From: Candidatus Marinacidobacterales bacterium
Lineage (GTDB): Bacteria > Acidobacteriota > Vicinamibacteria > Marinacidobacterales > SMYC01
Assembly: GCA_965237955.1 (NCBI GenBank)
Contig: OZ250169.1
Location: 5,792,001 to 5,856,000 of the forward strand
DNA length: 64,000 nt
Reading direction: 5' to 3'
Both the position numbers and the translations under genes were made by a program. Below are positions 1 through 9,356 of the stretch, piece by piece (the first letter of the stretch is position 1; every line of letters begins with the position of its first letter). Under the pieces are notes generated by a model, which did not search any database, was not told the DNA's origin, and saw nothing but the letters and a program-made list of their open reading frames with translations.

Positions 1-948
1 GCGATCTACGCCGCCCGCGCCGAGCTGTCTCCGCTCGTGATTGCCGGCTCGGGTGCCGATCCCAAGATTGGGATTCCCGGCGGGCAGCTAATGCTGACCA
101 CCGACGTCGAGAACTACCCCGGATTTCCCGAGGGCGTGACCGGACCGGAGATGATGGAGCTTTTCCGCAAGCAAGCCGAGCGGTTCGGCGCGGAAATCGT
201 CTACGCGGATGCCACTGCGGTCGACGTCTCCGAGCGTCCATTCCGTGTCGGGACCGCGAAGGAAAGTTACCGGGCGGAGGCGTTGATCATCGCGACTGGT
301 GCAGCCGCGAAGTGGCTCGGCCTCGAGTCGGAAACGAAATTGCAGAACCGCGGTGTCTCGGCGTGCGCGACCTGCGATGGCGCCCTGTACCGCGGCAAAG
401 AGATTGCGGTCGTGGGCGGCGGCGACACGGCGGTGGAAGAGGCGTTGTTCCTGACGCGCTTCGCGACGAAAGTCACCGTCATCCACCGGCGGGACGAGCT
501 ACGCGCATCCAAGATCATGCAGGCGCGCGCGTTCGGAAACGACAAGATCGAGTTTCTTTGGGACAGCGAGGTCGTCGAAGTGCTCGGTGAGAAGGAAGTC
601 GAAGGTCTTCGCATCAAGAATCGCAAAACGGGCGACGAGTCGACTACCACTGTCGGAGCTCTTTTCGTCGCCATCGGGCACGAACCCAATACGGCTGCGT
701 TTCGAGAAACCCTCGAGACCGACGACCAAGGCTACATCATCGTGTCGCACGGAACTCAAACGTCGGTCGAAGGTGTTTTCGCCTGCGGCGATGTGATGGA
801 CAAGGTTTATCGGCAGGCTGTCACTGCGGCCGGGACCGGCTGTGCTGCGGCGATCGACAGCGAGCGCTGGTTGGCCGAGCAGGAAGCGGCCCCCGAGAGG
901 AAAGACACGCCAGAGAGGCAAGAAACGATTTCGGAGGCAACGACATGA
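1..948 (+). CDS. trxB: Thioredoxin-disulfide reductase (5' end lies before the window)
   Basis: Frame open from base 1 (AIYAARAELSPLVIAG); CATC active site, GGGDTAVEEA NADPH-binding motif, GVFACGDV FAD motif. Confidence 0.97.
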   Translation, partial: AIYAARAELSPLVIAGSGADPKIGIPGGQLMLTTDVENYPGFPEGVTGPEMMELFRKQAERFGAEIVYADATAVDVSERPFRVGTAKESYRAEALIIATGAAAKWLGLESETKLQNRGVSACATCDGALYRGKEIAVVGGGDTAVEEALFLTRFATKVTVIHRRDELRASKIMQARAFGNDKIEFLWDSEVVEVLGEKEVEGLRIKNRKTGDESTTTVGALFVAIGHEPNTAAFRETLETDDQGYIIVSHGTQTSVEGVFACGDVMDKVYRQAVTAAGTGCAAAIDSERWLAEQEAAPERKDTPERQETISEATT

Positions 949-1484
949 GCCTGAAGAATCAAAAAGGCTTTTGGGTTGGCGTAGGCATCCTCCTCGTGTT
1001 TAGCCTCGCCCGCGTGGTGTCGATGCATGCTGGTGCCCAACAAGACGTGATCGGGAACAAGGCCCCGAGCTTCGAGCTCAAATCCGTCACCGGCGACACC
1101 GTCAAGCTCGCCGAGATGGAGGGTAAGGTGGTCCTGCTCGACTTCTGGGCGGTGTGGTGCGGCCCGTGCCGAAAGTCGATGCCGTTTTTCCAAGAGCTCC
1201 AGGACAAATACGGGAAGGACGGCCTCGAGGTCGTCGGCGTGCACGTCGAAGATCGCATGCCGCCCCCCGACGAGGTGGCCGAGTACCTCGCCAAACTCGG
1301 CGTGACCTACACCAACGTCGTGAGCACCGTCGACACCGACAACGAGTTCATGATCTTCGCCATGCCGACGACGTATCTGGTCGACCGCGAAGGCGTCATC
1401 GTCAAGCGCCACATAGGCTTCAATCCCGCGACCGCTCCCGCCGAACTAGAAGAATACGTCCGCTCCCTCCTGGGTGTGGAGTAG
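945..1484 (+). CDS. TlpA/ResA-family membrane-anchored thiol-disulfide oxidoreductase
   Basis: N-terminal hydrophobic segment; LLDFWAVWCGPC motif; MPTTYLVD cis-Pro loop; ATGA overlap with trxB. Confidence 0.92.
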   Translation: MSLKNQKGFWVGVGILLVFSLARVVSMHAGAQQDVIGNKAPSFELKSVTGDTVKLAEMEGKVVLLDFWAVWCGPCRKSMPFFQELQDKYGKDGLEVVGVHVEDRMPPPDEVAEYLAKLGVTYTNVVSTVDTDNEFMIFAMPTTYLVDREGVIVKRHIGFNPATAPAELEEYVRSLLGVE

Positions 1485-1502
1485 AGACCGTGCCCGAAGC
1501 TC

Positions 1503-2528
1503 CTAATCGATCTCCACCAGATCCTCCGACGGAGCCGGGGGAAACGTAAACGCTTCGACAGCCGGTTGGGTGCCGCCGCTTGCGGCGATATGCGCGTCCA
1601 CTTCGCGATGAATATTGCGGTCGGTCGGGAGCTTTCCACTTCCCTGAATGCGCACCCACAATCTCAAGATCGGGTCGATGTAGTAGTAGCGTTTGTCTCT
1701 CGAAACGATGAGGTCGACTTCTTCGAGCCAACGTAAGTAGTCGCGCGTCGATCCCGGTGTCCTGTCGAGCCGGCGCGAGACTTCGGTCAAGGTCAGCCCT
1801 TCTTCGTGTGCGAGGACGCGCAGTACCCACTTGCACGCGCCATAACCGCGGGCGCGGTGCAGGAGCTCGGCCATCGTTGCTCGGCACTCCGCGTCGATCC
1901 CACCGCCGCGCCGGAGCTCGTCCGTTAACGTCGAGACGATGTCACCGTCCGCGAGGCGCGCGGCATGGACGAGAAGCCCGCCGCTGACCGCGACGGCGAG
2001 CTCGGCATCCACCGCTCCTGCGGCCGAGAGCTCGTCGACGGTGAGTGGCGGGATGGCTCGGACCGGCAAATCGGGAAAGTGCTGGCGCGTCCAAAACGTG
2101 AACCGCGTCGTGGCGACGCTCGGCGCTTTCGAGCGCGTAAGCACGTCGATGAAATCGTCGAGGGGCCGTTCGACACCCGGGTAGTAGGCAAGCGTTCGGA
2201 GCTCGGTCACGTCATCGAGCAACAGCAGCGAGTCGGCAGGTCGCTTCCGAAGCGCGGTATGAAGCGCCTTCAGCGGCGGCCCTCCGCGGGGTGTCGGTCC
2301 GAGAAGTGGTTCCGCGAGTCGGTGGAGCTCGTCGCGCAGGACTTCGGGCGAGCATGCGATCGGCTCCAGTCGTGCGAGAGCGGTCGGACCGCGCCAGCGG
2401 CGCGCCAGCCGGCCGAGCAATGTGGTTTTACCGCAGCCACGAGGACCGGCGAGGAGCAGGAACGGGCTCGTCGTGATCTCACGGAGGAGATCTCTTTCGA
2501 GCTCCGGCCTCGGAATCGCGAGCGACAT
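1503..2528 (-). CDS. P-loop ATPase with C-terminal winged-helix domain
   Basis: Walker A GPRGCGKT, Walker B-like LLLLDD; wHTH-like LTLTEVSRRLDRTPGSTRDYLRWLEEVDLI followed by YYYIDPILRLW. Confidence 0.75.
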   Translation of the reverse strand: MSLAIPRPELERDLLREITTSPFLLLAGPRGCGKTTLLGRLARRWRGPTALARLEPIACSPEVLRDELHRLAEPLLGPTPRGGPPLKALHTALRKRPADSLLLLDDVTELRTLAYYPGVERPLDDFIDVLTRSKAPSVATTRFTFWTRQHFPDLPVRAIPPLTVDELSAAGAVDAELAVAVSGGLLVHAARLADGDIVSTLTDELRRGGGIDAECRATMAELLHRARGYGACKWVLRVLAHEEGLTLTEVSRRLDRTPGSTRDYLRWLEEVDLIVSRDKRYYYIDPILRLWVRIQGSGKLPTDRNIHREVDAHIAASGGTQPAVEAFTFPPAPSEDLVEID

Positions 2529-2634
2529 GCGGCCGCATCATAAGCTATTGAGGCGTCTCGCGGGCCGACTGTTGGGACGAACAATGATTTGTTAGACTTA
2601 TCGCTTGTGATTTAGGAGTCAGTAGAGGCGCTGA

Positions 2635-3972
2635 ATGCCGAGTGTCGTCGTCGTCGGCACCCAATGGGGTGACGAGGGCAAGGGAAAGTACGTGGACTTG
2701 CTGTCCGGGCGAGTGCAACTCGTGGTGCGTTATGGCGGTGGCCACAACGCGGGCCACACCGTCGTCGTGGAAGGTCAGGAATTCATCCTCCACATCATTC
2801 CGTCCGGAATTCTGCATCCGAGTGTAACTTCCGTGATCGGTAACGGCTGCGTCATCGATCCCGACGCGTTCATGACCGAGGTGCAGATGTTGCGTGGGCT
2901 CGACATCGAAGTCGGCGCCAATCTGTTCATTAGCGACCGCGCGCACCTCATTCTTCCGTACCACCGGCTACAGGAGCAGCAAGAGGAAGAAAAGCTGGGG
3001 AACCGCCGGATCGGGACGACTTGCCGCGGCATCGGTCCCGCGTACGAAGATAAAATCGGTCGCCGCGGATTGCGCGTCGGCGATCTGCGACATCCAGACT
3101 TTCTGAAAGAGAAGCTCGCCTACCTCGTTCACCAAAAGACCGCTCTTCTCGGTCTTCCGGGCGAAGAGAAAGAACTCCTTGCCGAGTCCGAAGAAATGAT
3201 TGCGCGCTTCACCGACGAGGCGCTCGCCCACATCACCGACACGTCGCTCCTCGTGCACGAATCGATCCTCGCGGGCAAGAACGTTCTTTTCGAAGGCGCA
3301 CAGGCGACGCTTCTCGACATCGACCACGGGACCTATCCTTTCGTCACATCGTCGAATCCCGTCGCCGGGGGCGCGTGCACCGGTGCCGGCGTCAGCCCGA
3401 AAGCCATCGACCACATTCTCGGCGTCACCAAGGCCTACATCACCCGCGTTGGTGAAGGACCGCTTCCGACGGAGATGCTCGGCGATCTGGGCGAGACCGT
3501 CCGCCAGAAGGGCGCGGAGTTCGGCGCGTCGACGGGACGGCCCCGTCGGTGCGGGTGGTTCGACAGCGTCGTCGTGCGCTATGCGAATCGCATCAACGGT
3601 CTCGATGCACTCGCGATCACGAAGCTCGACGTGCTCGACGGCCTCGACGAGATCCAGGTTTGCACACATTATGACTATCGAGGCGAGCAGGTTCAGGAGT
3701 TTCCCGGCGAGCTCTCCATGCTTGAAGAGTGCAAGCCTGTCTACCGCACGTTGCCCGGATGGGAAACGCCGACCGCGGGCCTCGAGGGGGTCGCGGACCT
3801 TCCGAAGAATGCCCGCGCTTATCTCGAAGCACTCGAAGAGCTCTGTGGGGCGCCTGTGCAAATGGTCTCGACCGGCCCTGAGCGGCACTCGACCATCGAA
3901 GACATGGGCAAAAGCGGTCACTCAGTGCTCGACGACTGGTTTGGCGCTCCAGGCCGGAGTCCGGCCGCGTAA
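2635..3972 (+). CDS. purA: Adenylosuccinate synthetase
   Basis: QWGDEGKGK, GGHNAGHT, IGTTCRGIGPAY and TGRPRRCGWFD signatures. Confidence 0.98.
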   Translation: MPSVVVVGTQWGDEGKGKYVDLLSGRVQLVVRYGGGHNAGHTVVVEGQEFILHIIPSGILHPSVTSVIGNGCVIDPDAFMTEVQMLRGLDIEVGANLFISDRAHLILPYHRLQEQQEEEKLGNRRIGTTCRGIGPAYEDKIGRRGLRVGDLRHPDFLKEKLAYLVHQKTALLGLPGEEKELLAESEEMIARFTDEALAHITDTSLLVHESILAGKNVLFEGAQATLLDIDHGTYPFVTSSNPVAGGACTGAGVSPKAIDHILGVTKAYITRVGEGPLPTEMLGDLGETVRQKGAEFGASTGRPRRCGWFDSVVVRYANRINGLDALAITKLDVLDGLDEIQVCTHYDYRGEQVQEFPGELSMLEECKPVYRTLPGWETPTAGLEGVADLPKNARAYLEALEELCGAPVQMVSTGPERHSTIEDMGKSGHSVLDDWFGAPGRSPAA

Positions 3973-3996
3973 GTGAGTCCAAACGCACGGCACTTA

Positions 3997-4025
3997 TTGA
4001 CGAATCGCGACGAACGCCCTAAGAT
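3997..4025 (+). promoter_or_regulatory. Sigma70-type promoter of the tRNA pair
   Basis: TTGACG-17 bp-TAAGAT ending 10 bp upstream of tRNA-Lys. Confidence 0.7.
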
Positions 4026-4035
4026 CTCCCTTTCA

Positions 4036-4111
4036 GGGCCGTTAGCTCAGTTGGTAGAGCGCCTGCCTTTTAAGCAGGATGTCGATGGTTCGAGACCATC
4101 ACGGCCTACCA
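4036..4111 (+). tRNA. tRNA-Lys(TTT)
   Basis: Acceptor GGGCCGT/ACGGCCT; anticodon arm CCTGC-CTTTTAA-GCAGG; GTTCGA T-loop; encoded CCA; 76 nt. Confidence 0.97.
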
Positions 4112-4120
4112 AATATTTGG

Positions 4121-4196
4121 GTCCCCGTCGTCTAGTGGCCTAGGACTCTGCCCTTTCACGGCAGCAACACGGGTTCGACTCCCGTCGGGGATACCA
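4121..4196 (+). tRNA. tRNA-Glu(TTC)
   Basis: Acceptor GTCCCCG/CGGGGAT; anticodon arm CTGCC-CTTTCAC-GGCAG; GTTCGA T-loop; encoded CCA. Confidence 0.97.
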
Positions 4197-4215
4197 AATG
4201 GAATCAATGAGTTAC
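4183..4215 (+). repeat. attL-like direct repeat (tRNA-Glu 3' end plus IHF-like site)
   Basis: CGTCGGGGATACCAAATGGAATCAATGAGTTAC, 28/33 identical to 16108-16140; contains WATCAANNNNTTR. Confidence 0.85.
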
Positions 4216-4280
4216 AAAGGGCGACACCGAAGAGGGCGGCCCAGGGTAACTATCAGGGCAACTTCTGAGAAAAAAATACG

Positions 4281-5456
4281 ATGACAAATGCTGACGCTTC
4301 GGGGCCATCATCAGCCCCCGCGGACGACTCCGCGATTGCCGAACCGGACCCCGGCTTCTCCGCACGCCTCACTACGTACAAGGCGATCGAAGTCTATCGA
4401 GACCGTCCGCTAATCGTGTACGCGACGAGCACGCGGATGAACGTCGCTGGCGTGATGGCCGGTGACACTTTTCGCGAATTCATCGATCAGATTGACGCCA
4501 TCCCAGATGGCGACACTGTTGACGTGCTGATTCACAGCGCGGGCGGTGACCCACTTGCTGCTTGGAAGCTAATGTCTTTGCTCCGGGAGCGTTTCAAACA
4601 GGTTCACGCTCTGGTCCCCTTCATGCCCTTCAGCGCAGCGACGATCTTTTGCCTAGGCGCCCACGAGATCGTAATGCACCCCCATGCTTCGCTTGGCCCG
4701 ATCGACCCGCAAATCACGGTCGATGTTGGCGGGGAGAAACGTCATTTCTCCTACGAAGATGTTGGCGCGTTCCTGCGTTTTCTTAGCCGCGAAGTCGGCA
4801 TCTCAGACGAAGTAAACGTCACTACAGTCGTCGAGAAGCTGCTGGGGACGGTCGATCCGCTCTCGGTGGGTTACGCGCAACGGGCCAGCGAACTTTCTAC
4901 TGAGGTCGGCGAGCGCCTTCTCCTGATGCATATGAAGTCGAAGGAGCAGGCGCGGGAGATAGCAGAGAACCTAAACAAGAGCTTCTATGCCCACGGCGAT
5001 GCAGTTTCGCGTTCTCGAGCGGCTGAACTCGGGCTGAAGGTCCACAAGCGAGATGAGCAACTTGAGAGTCTGATGTGGGACGCCTACGTGGGCCTTGAGA
5101 ACTTCATGGAGTTGCGGAAGCCTTTTGTCGCGTTACAAGAAGTGCTGGCTGATGAGCAAGCAGCCAGCCAACTGAGTCCGCCCGCACCCCTCGTTATGCC
5201 AGCCAATACCCCGCCGCAGGTTGCGAAGCAATTGTGGGAGCAGGTCGCGAATCAAGCCGTGCAAGCTATGTCTGGTGGAGCGAGAGAGGTGGAATACAGC
5301 ATCGTCAACGCCCTTTCCGAGAGTTTGAGAACCGCGTCCGTCTATAGAACTAGTGGAACCGTTTCAGCGTGTAGATTTATGGGTGGTGAGATCAAGTTGT
5401 CGGCCACGGATCGCGAAGCGGGATGGCGTTCCATACGGATGCCGGAAACGCTGTAG
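4281..5456 (+). CDS. SDH-family ClpP-fold serine protease
   Basis: DVLIHSAGG and FSAATIFCLGAHEIVMHPHASLGPIDPQ motifs; FYAHG candidate catalytic His. Confidence 0.85.
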   Translation: MTNADASGPSSAPADDSAIAEPDPGFSARLTTYKAIEVYRDRPLIVYATSTRMNVAGVMAGDTFREFIDQIDAIPDGDTVDVLIHSAGGDPLAAWKLMSLLRERFKQVHALVPFMPFSAATIFCLGAHEIVMHPHASLGPIDPQITVDVGGEKRHFSYEDVGAFLRFLSREVGISDEVNVTTVVEKLLGTVDPLSVGYAQRASELSTEVGERLLLMHMKSKEQAREIAENLNKSFYAHGDAVSRSRAAELGLKVHKRDEQLESLMWDAYVGLENFMELRKPFVALQEVLADEQAASQLSPPAPLVMPANTPPQVAKQLWEQVANQAVQAMSGGAREVEYSIVNALSESLRTASVYRTSGTVSACRFMGGEIKLSATDREAGWRSIRMPETL

Positions 5457-5488
5457 ACATCGTGGCACGAAATACCGTAGAGTAAGTT

Positions 5489-5701
5489 ATGGAGCAGAGG
5501 GTGAAGACGGATGAGTACCACTGGCAGCGCACACTCTCGACCGATTCGCGCTCCCAGCGGAAGAGCCCCTTTCAGATCGAGCTCACATCTAGCCCAACGA
5601 CGTCGAACATCGAGGTGAGGTCTGCGACAACCGCAAACCGTTCTATCACGATAGAAAGAGCATCTGATGTTCCGTTGGTCCCGAGCTGGATGAGGCTTTA
5701 G
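5489..5701 (+). CDS. Small hypothetical protein (70 aa, Ser/Thr-rich)
   Basis: ATG ORF 32 bp downstream of the protease on the same strand; no recognisable motif. Confidence 0.4.
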   Translation: MEQRVKTDEYHWQRTLSTDSRSQRKSPFQIELTSSPTTSNIEVRSATTANRSITIERASDVPLVPSWMRL

Positions 5702-5911
5702 CCGAATTACGCCGAGGCGGGCGCTTTCACGCCCTGCCCCCGGTTTCCAGGTATTTTACAAGTTGCGCTCGGCCGAGTTCTTCTGGCTCGCGCGCGTCCG
5801 TCGTACGAAGCAGGAGGGAGTGCAGGGAGTCCTTCGCACTTGTCGACGGCACGGTGCATACGGGTTAGCCTGGAAAAAGGCGGAGCCATTACGTCAATTG
5901 GTCTTTTTTAT

Positions 5912-7357
5912 GGAGGTGCCCCCACCATAGTTGAAGGTTCGAGGTGGTGGCGGCTCCTGACACATGGTTTACCCGACTTTGGCGTGCTTGTCGAGCGCTT
6001 GATTCTCAGTGACCTCCGCTAACTTCGCTTCGAGGATCGGTAGCGATTGGTATCCAATGATACGACGGAAATTTTTCTCCGTGGCGAGCAGAGCCGAAGC
6101 GGCCCATCTCAGAACCATCTTGCCATTGCGCCAGCGGGTGACGCGACGGGTACGACCTCGCGCACCGCTGAAGCACGACTCGATGATGTTCGTCGATCCA
6201 AGGCAGCGTTTCAGAGATGCGGGGAGGTCGAGCTCGTCGATGGTGAACATCTCGTCGAGCCCCTCCCGGATGCTCTCCGCCGCCGAGGGGTAGTCGTCCT
6301 CGAGCCACTTCGCCTGTTGCTCCAACCGCGCTTTGCCCTTCTTTGCTGGGAGCTGCCAGGCCGAACGCAGGCTCGCTTGCACTTGCGGCTTCAGCTCCTG
6401 CGGCAGATAACCGAGCACATTGCGCTCCTTGTGCTTCCTGCAACGCTGGACCTTGTTGTGGGTACCGAACACAGCGTCGACGGCGACCCGTAGCGCCTTG
6501 GAGCCATCGATCACGAACAGCCGACACCGCTCTGGGCTCAGGCCTCGTTCGACCAGGTCCTCCAGCAGCGCCTTGCACACTATCTGGTTCTCCGATGCTC
6601 CATCCCGAAGCCCCAGAACATGCTTGTATCCCTCTGTATCTACGCCGATTGCCGCCAGCGCGTGGTGCTCGCCGAAGCGAATCCCGTCCAGGTACACGAC
6701 CGCGATCTCCAGCTCGTCCAGCGGACGCTCCATCAGCCCCTGCAACTGCTCCGCGCTTGCTTCCACGAACTCACGGCTCACCTCGCTCTTGCTAACCCCT
6801 ACCGTCTCCGCCATCTCGGGAAGAACCGACGCGTACTTGCGCGTCGACACACCCAGCATCAGGATTTCCCAGATGCGTTGGCTCAGCCGAGACGAGTTGT
6901 TCACCGCTTCGTAGGCAGGAATCGCAACCTCCCCTCCCTCTGCCTTTCCCTTACGCCGCAGACGTGGCCGGCTCACTCTCAACTTCCGCTCCGCAAGGCT
7001 TACTACGCCACCCTGCCGGCCGTGCCAGCGAACATCGCTACCCTTCTTCCCCGGGTGTTTCTCCCCAGCCACACTTTTGGCTGACAGATCCAAGACCGCT
7101 TCGATCGTCGCTCGGCCAGCAACGTCGATCACTTCGTCGATCGCTATCTCGGTTCGCTCAATCGCATCCAAGAACGGCAACAGAGCTTGCCCCTTCGAGC
7201 TCAGTATCTCTCGAAGCTTCTTCCTGTTCTTCGCATCGATGATTTGGTAATTTGACCATCGTGGTGGCTCCTTTCTTTTTCCTTCACAGCCGGATTCTAT
7301 CGAACCCGGCCTTAGGAGCCGCCACTCCTAACCTTCAACTATCTCAGGGGCATCTCC
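5912..7357 (-). mobile_element. IS256-family insertion sequence
   Basis: Imperfect ~45-bp terminal inverted repeats (GGAGGTGCCCC..ATAGTTGAAGGTT..GTGGCGGCTCCT); 8-bp target duplication TTTTTTAT at 5904-5911 and 7358-7365. Confidence 0.93.
5969..7180 (-). CDS. IS256-family transposase (frame stays open to ~7258; the RBS-preceded ATG at 7259 is out of frame)
   Basis: YLDG..., VIDG..., QRCRKHKERN, STNIIES motifs of the Mutator/IS256 family. Confidence 0.93.
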   Translation of the reverse strand: MPFLDAIERTEIAIDEVIDVAGRATIEAVLDLSAKSVAGEKHPGKKGSDVRWHGRQGGVVSLAERKLRVSRPRLRRKGKAEGGEVAIPAYEAVNNSSRLSQRIWEILMLGVSTRKYASVLPEMAETVGVSKSEVSREFVEASAEQLQGLMERPLDELEIAVVYLDGIRFGEHHALAAIGVDTEGYKHVLGLRDGASENQIVCKALLEDLVERGLSPERCRLFVIDGSKALRVAVDAVFGTHNKVQRCRKHKERNVLGYLPQELKPQVQASLRSAWQLPAKKGKARLEQQAKWLEDDYPSAAESIREGLDEMFTIDELDLPASLKRCLGSTNIIESCFSGARGRTRRVTRWRNGKMVLRWAASALLATEKNFRRIIGYQSLPILEAKLAEVTENQALDKHAKVG

Positions 7358-7995
7358 TTTTTTATCCCGGTGAGACGCACGCGGTCGTGCGATAAGCTCT
7401 CCACACGAAGCGTGGCTTTCTTCTTGTCGTACTTCATCTCGACGGCCAGGCACAACGTGCCTTCCCCTTCGTTGTTTTCGTCTAGGCGGAGCACGATCAG
7501 GCTGAACGGGTACTTCCCCGTAAATTCATACGCATAACCATACATGCCCGGCGCAACTTGGCGCGAAATAGTTGACGGTGACATATAAGAGAGGATGGTG
7601 TCACCGGTGGCCAGTCGGATGATGCGTTTGCCCTCCACTCGGATCTCGCGGGCATAGCGCAAGGGGATGTATCGACCGGACGGAGGGAACACGACGCCCG
7701 CGACTTCCTGTTTCTGAAGCGCATTGCGAAGATCCTCAGCCCCCTTCTCCACGAGCGTTGTGATGAGCTGGTTGTGCTCCTCGTCGGTCGTCCAGCGGTC
7801 GATGCTGATCCTCAACATCAATTGGCTGGGGCGGGGGCTGACCCCGACCCCTAAAGTCACGCTGCGCGCCCGATAGGTTTCCCGGATCTTCTCTTCCTGC
7901 TCTTCCTGCGCCCCGGCCAGGCCGGTTTGAACCACTAGCGCCGCAGCGAGGGCGAGGCCTACAACCACCCTGAACACAGCTGGACTAGATTGCAT
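7339..7995 (-). CDS. Exported hypothetical protein; C-terminus altered by IS256
   Basis: Signal peptide ending AGA-Q; removing the IS restores ...TGIKKTN* instead of ...TGIKKEMPLR*. Confidence 0.75.
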   Translation of the reverse strand: MQSSPAVFRVVVGLALAAALVVQTGLAGAQEEQEEKIRETYRARSVTLGVGVSPRPSQLMLRISIDRWTTDEEHNQLITTLVEKGAEDLRNALQKQEVAGVVFPPSGRYIPLRYAREIRVEGKRIIRLATGDTILSYMSPSTISRQVAPGMYGYAYEFTGKYPFSLIVLRLDENNEGEGTLCLAVEMKYDKKKATLRVESLSHDRVRLTGIKKEMPLR

Positions 7996-8473
7996 TGTTT
8001 CGATACTCCGTTTTTGCTCTCATTGCTCTCATCGTTCTCCCCCCTTTTACTACATCCCGGCGCGGTGCTTCGATCAAAGGGTCGGGCCCGACCCCTTGAT
8101 GGTGCTGGGAATCCCTGATTCCCGCAACCCCCGAGCCCGGCTTCTGCGCGGGGTAGACGGCGCGCCAAGCGGCAGCCTATGAATTCTGCGATCTGCCACG
8201 CCGCTAAATGATGTTCGTCCATGATCTCCTCCTGGTATAAGGAGACGAGTTTCCGGCACGATCCCTCCCTCGACCACTCGGAAAAAGAATCGAGCCCCGT
8301 GAGCGGGCGGTGCACGGGTGCACGGGGTAATCCTCGCGGTGGTACACTCTCGCCACGGCGTAAGCTGGGTAAGGCTGGGCGGTTTCCCTCCCCGTCTCGT
8401 GTTTGCGCCAGTCTTTCCCGGATCTCCCCCCATTTCACCGACCAAATCCCAACGCCATTCCCAACACCCAAGC

Positions 8474-8541
8474 TGCAGCTCTCCCGGATCTTCTCCTGTC
8501 CCACGGACGAGCTCTTCGAGCTCGTCGAGGACGACTCATGA
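8474..8541 (+). pseudogene. C-terminal remnant of an XRE-type HTH regulator
   Basis: LQLSRIFSCPTDELFELVEDDS* resembles the end of HTH_3 proteins; ATGA overlap with the next gene; N-terminus missing. Confidence 0.5.
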
Positions 8542-8736
8542 TCGACGAACGATTCGTGCTCCATCGGTACAAGGCGACGAGCCACGCGGCGGTCGTGGGG
8601 GGGCGTCCTGCTGGGTGGACTCTTCCTCTACGACTTTCTCGCGCGCGACGTCCTCCGCTGGGACATCGCGATCGTCATGGCCGCCATGGCCGTCACCAAG
8701 CTCGGCGTTCTGGCCTGGTACCGCCGGTTCGACTGA
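8538..8736 (+). pseudogene. Small two-TM membrane protein frameshifted in a G7 run
   Basis: Removing one G at 8597-8603 gives MIDERFVLHRYKATSHAAVVGGVLLGGLFLYDFLARDVLRWDIAIVMAAMAVTKLGVLAWYRRFD*. Confidence 0.65.
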
Positions 8737-8798
8737 CAACTGGACGATTCCTCGCGATCCGGCCGCGAGCGGCCTGAGAGCACGGTGGGTACGGGGCC

Positions 8799-9356
8799 CT
8801 ACTTCACGACCTGTAGCGTCACCTCGGTCTTGACAGTCTCGCCTGTGATGGGGTCGGCCGAATCGGAGAGCATGGTGCTCTGGCCGTCCCGGAGGGTGAT
8901 CATCGCCTCCGTCGAGAAGCTGCGCAGCACCGGAGCGGCCGGGGTGATGTCGGCCTTTTCCGGGCTGGTGTCGCCGTTGGTCGGGTAGACCCCTCCCAGC
9001 TCGGTCTTGAGCTCCAGCCCGAAGCGGCCATCCTCGAGCGCCCAGGCCCGGGCGCGGACGGTCCCTCCCGCGTTCTTGAACATCAACGTGTTCGACCCTT
9101 CGATCCGGACGATGATCGGGAACTGGATCCCGCCGTAGACCCTCTGCTCGTTTTTAGTGCCGGTGGTGATGAGCATGCTGTAGGGAAGCCGGGCGACCAC
9201 GTCGTCACCCTGGAACCGGGTCATGACGACCTCCAGTCGCAGCAGCGTTCCGGAATCCTTGGCCGCATCCTCTTCGGGGGCGTCGCCCGCCAGCGCCATC
9301 GTCGATGCCAGTGCGAGACTCGCCGCGCCCCAGACAACCGTCCTGGCCAGCTTCAT
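8799..9356 (-). CDS. Exported protein with secretin-like beta-rich domain
   Basis: Start MKLARTVVWGAASLALASTMALA (signal peptide) with ATGA overlap; LRSFSTEAMITLRDGQSTML resembles the secretin C-terminal pattern. Confidence 0.65.
   Translation of the reverse strand: MKLARTVVWGAASLALASTMALAGDAPEEDAAKDSGTLLRLEVVMTRFQGDDVVARLPYSMLITTGTKNEQRVYGGIQFPIIVRIEGSNTLMFKNAGGTVRARAWALEDGRFGLELKTELGGVYPTNGDTSPEKADITPAAPVLRSFSTEAMITLRDGQSTMLSDSADPITGETVKTEVTLQVVK

Noticed and set aside
7959-8223. Minus-strand ORF MDEHHLAAWQ... after an AGGAGG RBS
   Set aside because: Runs through palindromes into the next gene; no protein-like signal
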